Shown: positions 37,722-49,816 of the stretch, piece by piece
Layout: the number at the start of each line of letters is the position of its first letter
Position numbering within the stretch: position 1 is the stretch's first letter
From: Takakia lepidozioides
Lineage: Eukaryota > Plantae > Bryophyta
Length of the DNA stretch: 64,000 nt
Reading direction: 5' to 3'
Assembly: GCA_030704615.1 (NCBI GenBank)
Contig: CM060733.1
Coordinates: forward strand, 45,818,001 to 45,882,000
Translations under genes and position numbers: made by a program
The notes under the pieces: generated by a model
Told to the model about the DNA's origin: nothing
Databases searched by the model: none
The model's input: only the letters and a program-made list of their open reading frames with translations

Positions 37722-39119
37722 GGCCTCCTAAGACCAAGCTGACCCGCCCAAATACCTTGTAAACACCAGGTAAATGAATGGACAAACTTACTTCGCATCG
37801 TACATTAAGAAAGTCACACCTTGCAATTGCGGTTGTCCCACCGTTGTGAAGGAACTTCAGAAAACTCATGCCAGCGCTGCTCCATGCTCCACGGTACACC
37901 CTTGTGCCCGAGAATCCGACAGCATCAACATTTTGACAAGTTCCTTTATGGAGGAGTGCTAGTGAGCTTTCAACAACAGCATTCATGCAAGTCGCTTTGG
38001 GCTCCATTAATCCCACACAATCAGGAACATACGAACATGTTCATACTTACACAGTTGGATGCTAAACCAGCTTATATCTGCAGTCTGGAGATTTTAGAGT
38101 TGTGTCTGAAAACATACAGAGATGCCAAGCAAAAGGTACTAAACAAGCTTATGTCTGTAGGGAGCGCCCATGAACGCCCGCGTTATGTGAATGACCGCGC
38201 ACCCCATTAATGCTTCAGTCAGGGGCTTATGAACGGCCAGTGCTAAGCCCCAAGACTACTCATTTTTGCCACTTGGCTAGAGGCCTAGAGGCCTAGAACA
38301 CTAGAGCAGGGTGCCTCGAGCAGACTCGTTCAAGAGTTGCCTCCGCGATTGGAAGAGATCAAAGGTATCATGTTCTTGCAGTTCTTGCATGCAGGTGGAG
38401 CAATGAACTTAGACCAGCTATGGCAGGAGTTCTTCTCAGAGCCTTCCCAGCCGTGGGACAACAGGTTTGAGAAGGTGAGGCAATCTCCACTTAGGACTTC
38501 CAGAGGTTGTCAAGGAGGGCTTGCAGCTAAAGTTGGCTTTGTGTACTGAATTGTATCTCCAGTTCATGGAATAATGTCTCCTCACTAAAGGCAATTTCGG
38601 CTCCACCAATAGGCTGTCGTTCCTTGTTGGAAGAGCATGAGAGAAGGTTGTTGCACGTTAATTGAAGCAGTCTTGGAGCTTTGATTGTAGATAGCCTGGT
38701 CTATGCTCAGCTATGGTTGTGGCTGCTCAGCTTCCTTCCTGTGGTTTTTCAGAACCGTCCCAGCTCACCAGCCTTCAGACATAAGTGCACAAAGGAGGCC
38801 CTTTGGATTGATGGTTGGTCGAACCCTGCTTGGGTGGAAGAGCTAGCTGCCATGGAACAAGGTCGAGCTCAATCTGGTGATGGTCCTTATGTCAATGTAC
38901 ACCCAGGAGCTGTAGGCCAAGAATACAACGGGTATTGTGTTGGTGATGATTTAAAGGTTCCAACTCAAACAGAATAAAGTGGTCAGTGTATTTATTCTCA
39001 ATGACTCGTGGATATGTAGCAAGGAGCCTGTACCTATGAAGAGATGTTTCATTGTCGTATGTAGAAATTTGGAGACTTGTTGTGGGTTCTAAGTGTAACT
39101 AAGAGTTGAGTAATGCAGT

Positions 39120-41357
39120 GTGGCAGGTTGGGATCATGCAAAAACGTTTGTTGGACATCAGACTGGAATCAGGGCTAGAACCTCCACTATCAGCAGTGTT
39201 TTTGGAACAGAACCAAGAGAGGGAGTCAACAAGAGCTCTTTGGGCACTAGTGCACATACAAGGACACTATGTAAGACAGGACAACTGAAAGATGCAGTGC
39301 ATCTGTTGAACAAAGGAGGCATTCACGCAGATTCCAATATTTACATCTGTATCTTGCAAGAGTGCATCAACATGAAAGACCTAGAGAAGGCAAAGCAGGT
39401 GCATGCCCACATGGTCCAAAGTGGCTTCAAGCCAAACATCTTTCTACTGAACACCCTTATTAACATGTATGTCAAGTGTGGGAGCATGGTGGATGCACGG
39501 CATGTGTTTGACAAAATGCCTGAACGAGGTCTGTTTACATGGACTATAATCATGGGAGGGTATGCCAAGCACGGGCATGCTGGTGAAGCTTTGAAAATCT
39601 ATGAGCAAATGCAATGGGAAGGAGTGATTCCTGACAGGGTCACGTTCATTTGTGTCCTGAATGCGTGTGCCAGTTTAGGATCCTTGGACAAGGGCAAAGG
39701 GGTCCATGCTGACATCATCAAAGCCAGAATCGCACCATATATTAATTTGGAGAATACTCTTGTTGGCATGTATGCTAAATGCGGGAGCATGAAGGATGCA
39801 CGTCAAGTGTTTGATAATATGGCTCAACGGGATGTGGTCTCATGGAGTGCAATGATTGCAGGATATGCTCAGCATGGGCATGGCAGGGAGGCTTTTGAGA
39901 TTTATGAGCAAATGCTACTGGCAGGAGTGGCTCCCAACAAGGTTACATTCATTGGCGTTCTCAATGCTTGTGCTACGCTAGGAGCTCTGAAAAGGGGCAG
40001 AGAGGTCCATTCTAACATCATCAAGGCTGGAATTGCATCTTATGTCAATTTAGACAATACCCTTATTGGCATGTATGCCAAATGCAGGAGCATGGAGGAT
40101 GCACGTCAAGTGTTCAACAATATGGCTCAGCGAGATGTGTTCTCATGGAATACCATGATCTCAGGATATGCCCAGCATGGGTATTGTGAAGAGGCTATCC
40201 AGGTCTATGAGCAAATGCAACAGGAAAGGGTGAAGCCCGACAAAGTCACTTTTAATTGTGTTCTCAGTGCGTGTGCCAACCTGGGAGCTCTTGAAAAAGG
40301 CCAAGAGGTCCATGCTGCCATCAGGAAAAGAGGAATTGTGCCAGAGATCATTTTGGAGAACACCCTTGTTGACATGTATGCGAAATGTGGGAGCATGAAG
40401 GATGCTCGTCAAGTGTTTGAGCTTATGGGTCAACGAGATGTGGTCTCATGGAATGTCATGATTGCAGGATATGCCCAACATGGGTATGGTGAAGAGGCTA
40501 TGAAAATTTATGAGCAAATGCACCAGGAAGGGATAATGCCAGACAAAGTTACATTCAGTTCTGTTCTCAGTGCGTGTGCCAGCCTGGGAGCTCTTGAAAA
40601 GGGCAAAGAGATTCATGCTGCCATCAGGAAAGGAGGGATTGCGCCAGATATCATTCTGGAGAATACCCTTGTTGACATGTATGCCAAATGTGGGAGCGTA
40701 AAGGATGCACGTGAAGTGTTCAACAATATGGGTCAGCGAGATGTAGTCTCATGGAATGCTGTTATCACAGGATATGCTCAGCATGGGTGGGGTAGGGAGG
40801 TCCTCCAACTGTTTGAACAAATGCAACAAGAAGGCTTGAAGCCGGACAGTATCACCTTTGTGTCTCTTCTCTCTGCATGTAGCCATGTGGGCCTAGTGCA
40901 TGAAGGCTGTCATTACTTCGATTCCATGAATCGATATCACAAGCTGACTCCTACGGTCGAACACTTTGGCTGCATGGTGGACCTTCTTGGCCGTGCTGGG
41001 CGATTAGGTGAAGCAGAAGACCTGATTAACAACATGCCTATTGAATCAGATGCTAGGGCATGGAGGGCCTTGCTTAGTGCCTGCAGAAGTAACAGGGATG
41101 TGGAGATAGCAGAACGTGCAGCCAAAAACATTCTCGAGAGGGATCCACAGGATGCTACTGCATATGTGATGCTCTCAAACATCTATGCTGTGGTTGGTAG
41201 GTGGGATGATCAAGAAAAGGTAAGAAAATTGATGGAGGTCACAGGTGTCCGGAAGGAGGCTGGACGCAGCTGCATTGAGGTGGACAACCAGGTGCAGACA
41301 TTCTTTGTAGCAGACAAATTGCATCCAATACCACCTTCATACCATCACTGTGAGTAG
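39120..41357 (+). CDS. PLS-class pentatricopeptide repeat protein with E/E+ extension and no DYW domain (putative organellar RNA-editing factor)
   Basis: Repeated P-L-S triplets (NTLVDMYAKCGSMKDARQVF..RDVVSWN.MIAGYAQHG..PDKVTF..VLSACASLGAL), then HFGCMVDLLGRAG and YVMLSNIYA..KEAGRSCIEVDNQVQTFFVADKLHP, then a stop. The true start is uncertain: there is an in-frame TAA at 39111, so a 5' exon or disruption is possible. Confidence 0.92.
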   Translation: MAGWDHAKTFVGHQTGIRARTSTISSVFGTEPREGVNKSSLGTSAHTRTLCKTGQLKDAVHLLNKGGIHADSNIYICILQECINMKDLEKAKQVHAHMVQSGFKPNIFLLNTLINMYVKCGSMVDARHVFDKMPERGLFTWTIIMGGYAKHGHAGEALKIYEQMQWEGVIPDRVTFICVLNACASLGSLDKGKGVHADIIKARIAPYINLENTLVGMYAKCGSMKDARQVFDNMAQRDVVSWSAMIAGYAQHGHGREAFEIYEQMLLAGVAPNKVTFIGVLNACATLGALKRGREVHSNIIKAGIASYVNLDNTLIGMYAKCRSMEDARQVFNNMAQRDVFSWNTMISGYAQHGYCEEAIQVYEQMQQERVKPDKVTFNCVLSACANLGALEKGQEVHAAIRKRGIVPEIILENTLVDMYAKCGSMKDARQVFELMGQRDVVSWNVMIAGYAQHGYGEEAMKIYEQMHQEGIMPDKVTFSSVLSACASLGALEKGKEIHAAIRKGGIAPDIILENTLVDMYAKCGSVKDAREVFNNMGQRDVVSWNAVITGYAQHGWGREVLQLFEQMQQEGLKPDSITFVSLLSACSHVGLVHEGCHYFDSMNRYHKLTPTVEHFGCMVDLLGRAGRLGEAEDLINNMPIESDARAWRALLSACRSNRDVEIAERAAKNILERDPQDATAYVMLSNIYAVVGRWDDQEKVRKLMEVTGVRKEAGRSCIEVDNQVQTFFVADKLHPIPPSYHHCE

Positions 41358-42399
41358 ACAAGAGAGAAAGTGCAGCATTCCATACAACATGAGAGACAGG
41401 TGAGGGGAGAGACTACGATATGGAGGGGCTGATAGGAGTGAAGCAGCTGTATTTGTATCCAGCGAAGGCATGCAAGGGCATACCGGTACCTGAGGCCTCC
41501 ATCTTCTCCACGGGTGTGTGCCATCTCCTTTCATTATTTGCACATTGTTTCTTGGGATCTTTGTGGAAATAGCGTAAGCTATTTGTCCTGGGTGAATTGG
41601 CTTGTTTGCTCAGGCAAGTTGAATTATACTGGTCCTGATCTCTGTACATGGTTTTTGAATTTTGAGATACTTTGGTTACTGATGAAGTGAATAATTGGGT
41701 CCAAGTCTTTCTGCTTCTCTCCTTGGGATTTGGCAATTCTGCCCAGCAAGTTTGTAGAAGCATTTTGGTATGTGCAGAAAGCGACTTTCACTAAACAGTA
41801 GGTGAACTTGAAGTTTGCTAGAGGGATTCCTGATGATGTATGTACATGAGATTGTTGGTGGATGCCAATTGATCTATTACTGTTTCCCTGATTCCCAGGC
41901 TTTCATGGAAGCCAGTAGCTGTATGTGCTGTAAGGGCCTGAAGCAACAGTCGTGGGCAGCCACTCACAGTCACAAACAAGTTCCGAGCTGTGAAGTTAAG
42001 ACCATGGTCATGGTGGTCATGGGGTGGATCTTTGGTGGTTTGGAGTAATTATGACGTATTACTGCCAATGTGGCAACAGGACACCAAAAACTTATAACAG
42101 AGATGAGGAGAAGCATTGGGATAAATATTTTTCGGACCCCAGTCAATGGTGGGAAATCAAGGCAAAAAGGTGAGCGCATGTAAGGTTACAGAGAGATGCA
42201 GACAGCAAGATTCATCGCATAGCTTTCTTTGAAATTGTTATCCCCAGCACATTTTAAAGTTGTGGGAGCAATTCAGCATAGGAACTTGTGTATGATAAGT
42301 AAGGTTGCTAGAACAATCTAGGCTGTCAACTGCTAGCATCAAGGTGAGGATCTATACACTACTGGTGCAGAGGCAGGGATAGCTGAAGGAGCCGGGATG

Positions 42400-42915
42400 G
42401 ATTGTGGTTTTAGATTCATCCAAGAGGGCTGGATTTCAATCACAAGATACCTATTATTCCATGTGGATCGATAGCTACAAAAAACGTACATGGGTAGATG
42501 GTGATCTGGACGCAGTAGCAGCAGCACAGTTGATAAAATCAGGGACCTCCGCCAGGACCACAGCTTCCGAAATAGGACCAAGAGAGGGAGTCCATAATGC
42601 CTCCTCTAGCACTTCTGGGCATGTGAGGATGCTGTGTGAGCAGGGTGGCTGAAAGAGGCTCTACAGACTTTAAGCCGAGGCATTTCAGCAGATTCAGGTA
42701 TGTTTGTCTCTTGTGTTGAGTGCATCAATATGAAAGGCCCGGAAGCTGGAAAGCAAGTGCACCCTCACATCATCCAAAATGGATTCAAGCCAAATGTTTT
42801 TGTACACAACACCCTTGTCAACATGTATGTTAAGTACCATTGTGGATACACACCAAGTGTTCAACAAGATGCCTGAACAAGGTTTGATTACGTGGAATAT
42901 AATGATGGGTGGAGA
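42400..42915 (+). pseudogene. Degenerate 5' fragment of a PPR paralog
   Basis: SARTTASEIGPREGVHNASSSTSGHVRMLCEQG / ECINMK..KQVHPHIIQNGFKPNVF..TLVNMYVK / VFNKMPEQGLITWNIMMGG match the N-terminus of ORF 39120-41357. Frameshifted. Confidence 0.8.
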
Positions 42916-45900
42916 CAAGCCACTTGCTCAATGGTTCCCTTGCTCAGCGTCACAGAAAACTGAAACTCTAATTGCAGTCAAACCTCTAACACATCCAAGA
43001 CCCAGAATCCAAAATCATTGTGCCTCACCCTCAATCTTGCCACATCAGCTTCCAAATTCACAATTCAGCGTACCTCATGGAAATGTAGGATGCAGCAACC
43101 GTGTCACTGCATTGCTGACCAATAGGTTGCGTTGAACAGATTTAAGTCCTTGGGAGTGACTTGAAATTGCCCTCCAGGAATGTTTTTGAGGCACAACATC
43201 AAAAACCTTCTCTGCCGGAATCACAAGCAGAGGACCATTATATTGAACATTGGCTTTCAACGTCATGCACTGTACCATTCCAACGCTGGGCCGTAATCAG
43301 CAGTGGACCTACTTACACGAGTCCTAGGAACCTCCTCCCACCGCACTATCACAATTTTCTTGTCTATGTAGTTGATGCTCAACAATATCACTATTTGGGT
43401 TTTCCCACCACTGCAGGTGAGCCAATAGGCGGAGCCTTCGGAGAAATGTATGATAACAATATGACGTCCAATCATGCGGCTATCATGGAGGAAATAAATG
43501 CGGACTTGCAAAGCTGGCTAGGATGACTTGACAGAAGGTGTTGTGCGAGAGGTTTCTAAAGAGGAAATGCAGGTCAGTGTATTGTAGTAGTTTGTCTGAA
43601 TATGTTCATGGCTCCACAGATGATGTTTGAGGTTCTTGGAGTAACAATCGGCCATATTTGTTACCAAGTGAATGACAGGAAGGTCACTCTTTCATTCTCT
43701 CCTAACCCTCCAGTAATGTCAAGGGACCTTATGTATGATAGAAGAGGTTGGGTTTTAGTTTGTTGTGGTCACAATGGCAAATAGACTCCTTCCACTGTTC
43801 TGGACAAGTGTAACTATCTCCTGGTCAATGGAAATGTTCAGACTAGGCTTTCTTGTGTATTTTACAGGAGAGACCATTTCCTACAAATGGTATTTTAGCA
43901 GATCAAATTGCAGTGCATCCAGCATGACAAGAAAGATTGCAACTTGCGGAGCAGTATATGTGGTGTTATGCATATATTGAACTCCGGCTTTGTCCTTCCG
44001 GACCTTACTTTAGATGGTCAAAAATTGCTAGGGAGGGCAGTATCTCCATGTGGCTGGGTAACAGTGTCTTACCCTTATTTTGGTCAATTCTCTCTTGAAT
44101 TCTATTGGCCATTTTGCTGGTGAAGACTGAACAAAGTTGAGTTATAGTTTAGAACAAGTTAGTAAGCAGTGCTGAGCACAATTTGAGCTAGACTGAAATA
44201 AGAGCTAGGTCCCCTTTTTTTTAGAGTGGTGGAGCTGCATGCAAGGGATCTATCAAAGAGATGGACACTGTCAGGATTGTCATTGATCTTGCCTGAGTGG
44301 CACAATCCCCGAAATGTAGATGCCCGTCTGGAGCCAGTCCTGCCATTTTCAAATCACAGTTTTCTCTTCAGGTAGTCCAGATCACCCAAAACTTAGATTA
44401 CTCTGTTCTTCTGTACAGTGAGCAGCTCATAGTAAACAAATGGAATTTCCTCAGCTTGAATCCCAACACTCTTCTCCATCCTGTCCTAGTCTTGTCCGGC
44501 ATGCAAGTAGTCACTTTTGACCCAGCATTGGTCATTCACGTATATAATCCTACCTTACATCCACACTACAGCAGCTTCCTGCAATTCATTTCTGGAGTGG
44601 CATGCAAAAGCTGTGACCCTCGGTTAGATGACACCCCCCTGCAGAAATTTCACACTTTAAAATTGAATCGCATTTACTGATCCAGGATTCAAACATAAGG
44701 CATTTCCAAGTCCTGACAGTTGGAGTCCGCGCATTCATAATGCATTGAAGGGAGAATCACCTCAATGCATTAAATTTAAAACACATCTAAAAAACTAGGG
44801 GAAAACCAGGGTGTTACAGGGATGTTGGAAATGTATCAAACCAGTGGCTGCGTGCTTATTCCTAGGATTTACCTGGAGGCCTCTTCCGTTAGGGTGATGA
44901 AGCCAGTCTGCTGAACCGATTGAGGGTCTGGGTAACCTGGCCTGCAAATGGAAGTTGTTAAAACCCCACTCCATTCCCGTTCTTGTTGAGATATGTTCGA
45001 TAGAGTGGCTCAAGGCTCAACTGAATACCATGCTGTGCAATTATCACAGTATTAGCATATTCAGCAGCCATGCAGCGAGCACTAAATAAGAAAATGAACC
45101 ACTGAAGACCCATGGATTTCACATCCAATGTTCATGCACCTATCATGTGCATGCTTAACATATACCAATCAAAACAAGATGTATGTGTACCCACGGTTAG
45201 GACACCCAAATCCATAACCAGCACCTAAAGCCTCAGTTGGTTTCCTTACCAGCAACTGCCAGAGCTGGTTTCCTTACCGGCAATTGCCAGAGCTTGTCTC
45301 ACCCACCACGCAGCAGAGAGAAGAAAAAAAAGAAAGAATTCTCTTACATCCACAGGAGGCCAGCGAGAGAAAAAAGGGGCTTCATACCCTGCCAGGCCCT
45401 CCCAACAATGCCTTCAGCCCCACTCGTAATACTGCAGGGCCATAAGAGGACCTTCAGCACCAACCAGTTAATTCTCTTGAACTTTGACGATGCATTACAA
45501 GTATGCGACTCCAAAAGCATTATAAATCCTTGAGCTGAGTGATACATTAGTCAACTCATATGGACGCCCGGGTGATCCCTTAACTGAGAAAAGTTAAAAG
45601 AGAATTGAATGGGACTATGTACACTGGGTTTAAGGGAGCAACCACAGATAAGAGTAGAGTATCTGCCACTCTTCCAGCTTGTGCAAAGCTTTTGTACATA
45701 CTGTGTGGGAACCAATGGAGGAATTCATTTTCTCCAACAAGCTAACCCAAACGAAGGTTGAGAACACGCACCTACAAAGCTATAACCTCGTGCGAGATTC
45801 CCTTTGAAAGACATGCTATATAACTCCTATGGCCAGGCCCAACCGGTAAAGAGACTCTGTACGATATACACCAGGATATGGTGCATATGTGCATGACCGA

Positions 45901-46033
45901 GGCCAAAGTTGCGATTACAATCCACCAACAGCACTGCCTCCCCCCCGCTCTTCCCCTCTTTTCCAAAGTGCCAGCAGTGCCACAACTGAAGTTAGGCCAA
46001 ATGTTGGAAAGCCACAAACCCCAGCTCTCACAA

Positions 46034-49000
46034 CTATGCCTTCAGACGTTTGGCGGCTTGCATGAAGCCTGTGATGACCTGGAATTCATCCAATTGCTGC
46101 AGCAGCCCAAAGGACACGCCAGTCAGATCCCTAGAACAATCTTAGCAGAATATTCAGAATCCAACATTATTTACAAGAAGTACACAATTCGGCCAGTAAA
46201 AGGAGAGTGTGGAAAGTCTCACCTGCGACATGAAATGCCTGCCGACTGCACGCACCAGTTGCTCCTTAGATGAGTTGGGACCAACTTCAACCTTCAGAGG
46301 GCCAACACAGTACAATGACTGGTTGGGGCTTTCATATGTATCAAGAGACGAAACTATATATCTATGTTTGACACATAAGATCACCAACAAGTTTTAACCG
46401 TTATGGCACTTCACAACTGTTTTGATTTCCCTCTGAAACCTCTTACTTTCATTAAGTCACAAACTCATGACATCATTTGCACGACAACTTAATGAGTCAT
46501 TGTCACTGAGCTGGTTATCATCACATAACCGCAACCTAGTGCAGATTGATCAGCATCTGGTGGTCATAATACTTGTTTACCTCTTTCAGCAGCTCTGAGG
46601 TTTCCTGAAACTATATACGTCCTAGCCCCTCAAAACTCAGGACTTTACACCTTACCTTGAGTAGCACATTCCTGATAATTTTGTCAGGTTCAATAGTTTC
46701 AAAGCTTTTTGGGACAACAGAAATGAGTGATGTGCATTACTATGACCCTGGACCAATGAGCATTTCATTCCAAGCAACCACTAATCATACAACGAAAGCT
46801 GTCTAGATGGACCTCTCACCAGCTTGAAATGCCTTCGATACTTCCTCAATGCAGTTGTCTCAAGCTTGCTGAGATCTACTCTCTGCATTCAATGAAGGTA
46901 GTAGTGTGAGCCAAATTCTTCCAGCCTCAACCTTGCTTCTGAACAAAGAATGATCTGCAACCAAGCAGTCTGATATGGTCGTCCCGCCTTTTAAGAGTAA
47001 GCACTGCTTCCAGGCAATGTCCAAAGCAGACACCAAGCAAGCATACAAGCATTAAGAAGCCAATGCTGCACAATGCCTTTTACAATATCCTGGAATTCAC
47101 ATTGGTCACTCTGGGCCTGTAAAGAAAACTATGCCAACTGAGTGCCATGCATTGTGAGGCTTCGATGGGACATCGAAATCTAGAAAACCAGCTGGCTAGA
47201 GGAGATATTATCACATACTGGTAAAGTATCAGAGGCTGAACTTGATTCTTCAATAACATCTTCCTTCTTCTCAACTTCTGATGTAAGATCACCCTCCAAC
47301 GGACTTGACAGAAACGTGTTTGGCTTCCGAGGCTGTACTCTTGACTTGAATATTCTTGGGAAGTCATCCTCTGCAGAAATGTACAGAATCAGACGTCTCC
47401 GACCCCAAACCCATAACCACAGGCTAACTCCTACAAATCCGTGATGCGGAAGTTTTCAGTCTCCGCGTTGGACTCAGAACACTCGTCACCTTCATCATTG
47501 ATCTTGAGATGTAGAATTAAACCATCTTTTTCACATCCTCAAGGAAATTAGTCAAATAGCACCAGGAAACCCTGGGTTGGAGGTAAGTCTGATAGAAACA
47601 AAGCTATCTGAGTGCACTGAACTGGAAAGTACTGCTAAATGTGCATGAAAGCTAATCCCCACTGCATCCAGTACACCTTAGTCTATGATCCACACCTTCA
47701 TGAGTTATGCAACAAGGGACCTATGTCAAGACAGCGACTTGGATTGAGGAAGACCTCTATCAGATCGCACAAATATTAGTTGGTCCTTAAGAAAGATCAC
47801 TACGGTCGAGAACTTCTGGCCCAGAAGACATTCAGACACTATCTGTATCGGAGAATATATGATGAACAAACCTAGGCTTGTCCCACTGGAAACGGGACAA
47901 TTCTCCTCATTGTCATCATCTTCTTCTTGACCAGTAGGGGCTTCAATCACACTCAATGCATTCCGCTGGAGCTTCACCTCCACACCATTTGTAAGGACCT
48001 GGTATCCAGGTGATGCATTCAAAGTCACAAAAGTAAAACTTGAAGCTTCCAAGACATCTCTAGAGCAAAAGAGGACATTTCCAAAGTACTGTATATGGAG
48101 GCTGACACAGTGGAGTACAATGCCCAGGTCAAACTTCATTAAAGTAGCTACAGGCTCAAAGCAAACTGGAGTGCACTAAATTCTCCTCATTCCCTGCTAA
48201 TATCTACTATTGTGTCACCTTCATTTAGGTTCCCTCTTTCCACAGGAAAGTATAGTAAGCCTACTTTGCACAATGCAAAGATCAAAAGGGTCCTAACTGG
48301 AAAGATTCATCCAGCTTCATGTCAAATATTGTCAAAGAAAAAAGAATCCAGACAAGAGACCATGAGACTCTGAAAATAACCAGATACAACAATCCATGAA
48401 TGTTAAGAGATAATTATACCAGCCAATGCCAGCCACCGAGGCCAACAGCCTTTTTCACAACACCATGCAGTCCAACGAGCACTGATTTGGTGCGATTATT
48501 CCCTGTCACAAGAACCTTTGTGTGCCTGGGAAGCACAGAAAGTCCATCTTCAAGAGCCTTTGTATCTCTGGGAAGTGCATGTCTCTCCTCCCTCATTCCA
48601 TCATCTACTTTGTGCAAACTAGCTGTGCAGTGACTCAATCTTGAAGGAAGTTGGCATCCCTCCAAATCAGAATCATCATCTGACATGATACATGGCTGCA
48701 GAGAGCCCTTGCTGCCATTGTCACTGCCTGTGTCATCGGTGCTCCTCTCACCATTTTCTACCTGCCAAGCCCTGTTGTCTTCCCCAGGATTGACTCGCAC
48801 CTCTGGGTCATCCTCTTCCATAGCCAGACTTTCATGTCTCTCTCTCATCTGACACCGCCTCTCTCGTCTCTCTATACCTGATACAACAGAAACAGAAATT
48901 GATTACAGGTCTTGCACTCAAAAGAGGGACAGACATGGTGATGTATACATTAGATTTTGCCTGTCGTCACCTTTCACTTCGTGTGGGCAAGAGAAAGGAA

Positions 49001-49816
49001 TGCAAGAAGAAGTACTTGTTTCTATATGCCCGCAGGACAGACAGAAAGACAGAGAGACTCAGCCCAAAACTTTCAGTATCACTTGCGCACCTCCTACCAT
49101 ACTCCAATTGCAGGGGTGACCAAATCATGCTAGAAAGTATGTCTTCTGAGCAACAGTCTGCAACATATCATTGTGCCAGACTCCAGTCAAACAACATAGA
49201 TACGAGGAAAGCAAGAGTGTGACCCAGAATGTAGCCCTCCATCCTTGAACTGTGTTATGTAACCTGAGAGCCTAACTGTTTCAAAGCCACCAGGTGTGGT
49301 GGCTTCAGCCCAGTGGAGATATGGGACCTCACGAAGTTGCCATAACACCCGGAGGACCATCCAGTTACAGAGAAATCAGTGTTGCTTTCTGGCCTGGCAT
49401 TATCATAGTAAAAATGATGAGGTCAATGTTAGCACTGCTCCTGTAGCCCTCCAGCTTGCAAGGAAATTGTGACAAGTGTGGCTATGATTACATTGCCATC
49501 CACACTCGTGTATCAGAGTGTGTGCATGAGGGAGAGAGAGACAGCGATCAAAAGACTACTCACCATCTTTGTTGTGTTTAGGAGATAATTCCACAGGCGG
49601 CTCACCGTTTTTCAGCTCACTAGCTTTGCTTCCAATAAGCCATGAACTGGCAGGCTCAGCTGCGCCAACGGCAACTTTAAGCTTCTTAAGACTTCCAGCA
49701 CCCCCACGATCAAGCCCTTCCCAGTCTGCGTCCCCAACTTCATCTCCATCGTCTAGCAGCAGACGATTGGTGGGGTTGATTCCGACAGGAAAAGCCAGTG
49801 CAACCCGCTTTGCCAT
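46034..49816 (-). CDS. SAP30: SAP30-like histone deacetylase complex subunit (plant AFR1/AFR2 family), multi-exon
   Basis: VLPRHTKVLVTGNNRTKSVLVGLHGVVKKAVGLGGWHWL | VLTNGVEVKLQRNALSVIEAPTG, then VDLSKLETTALRKYRRHFKL | VEVGPNSSKEQLVRAVGRHFMSQ | QLDEFQVITGFMQAAKRLKA*. Approximate exons 49562-49816, 48420-48877, 47872-48000, 47219-47372, 46821-46885, 46223-46291 and 46034-46096. Confidence 0.9.

Noticed and set aside
43161-43526. 121-aa ORF
   Set aside because: No ATG start, no recognisable family and no supporting exons.
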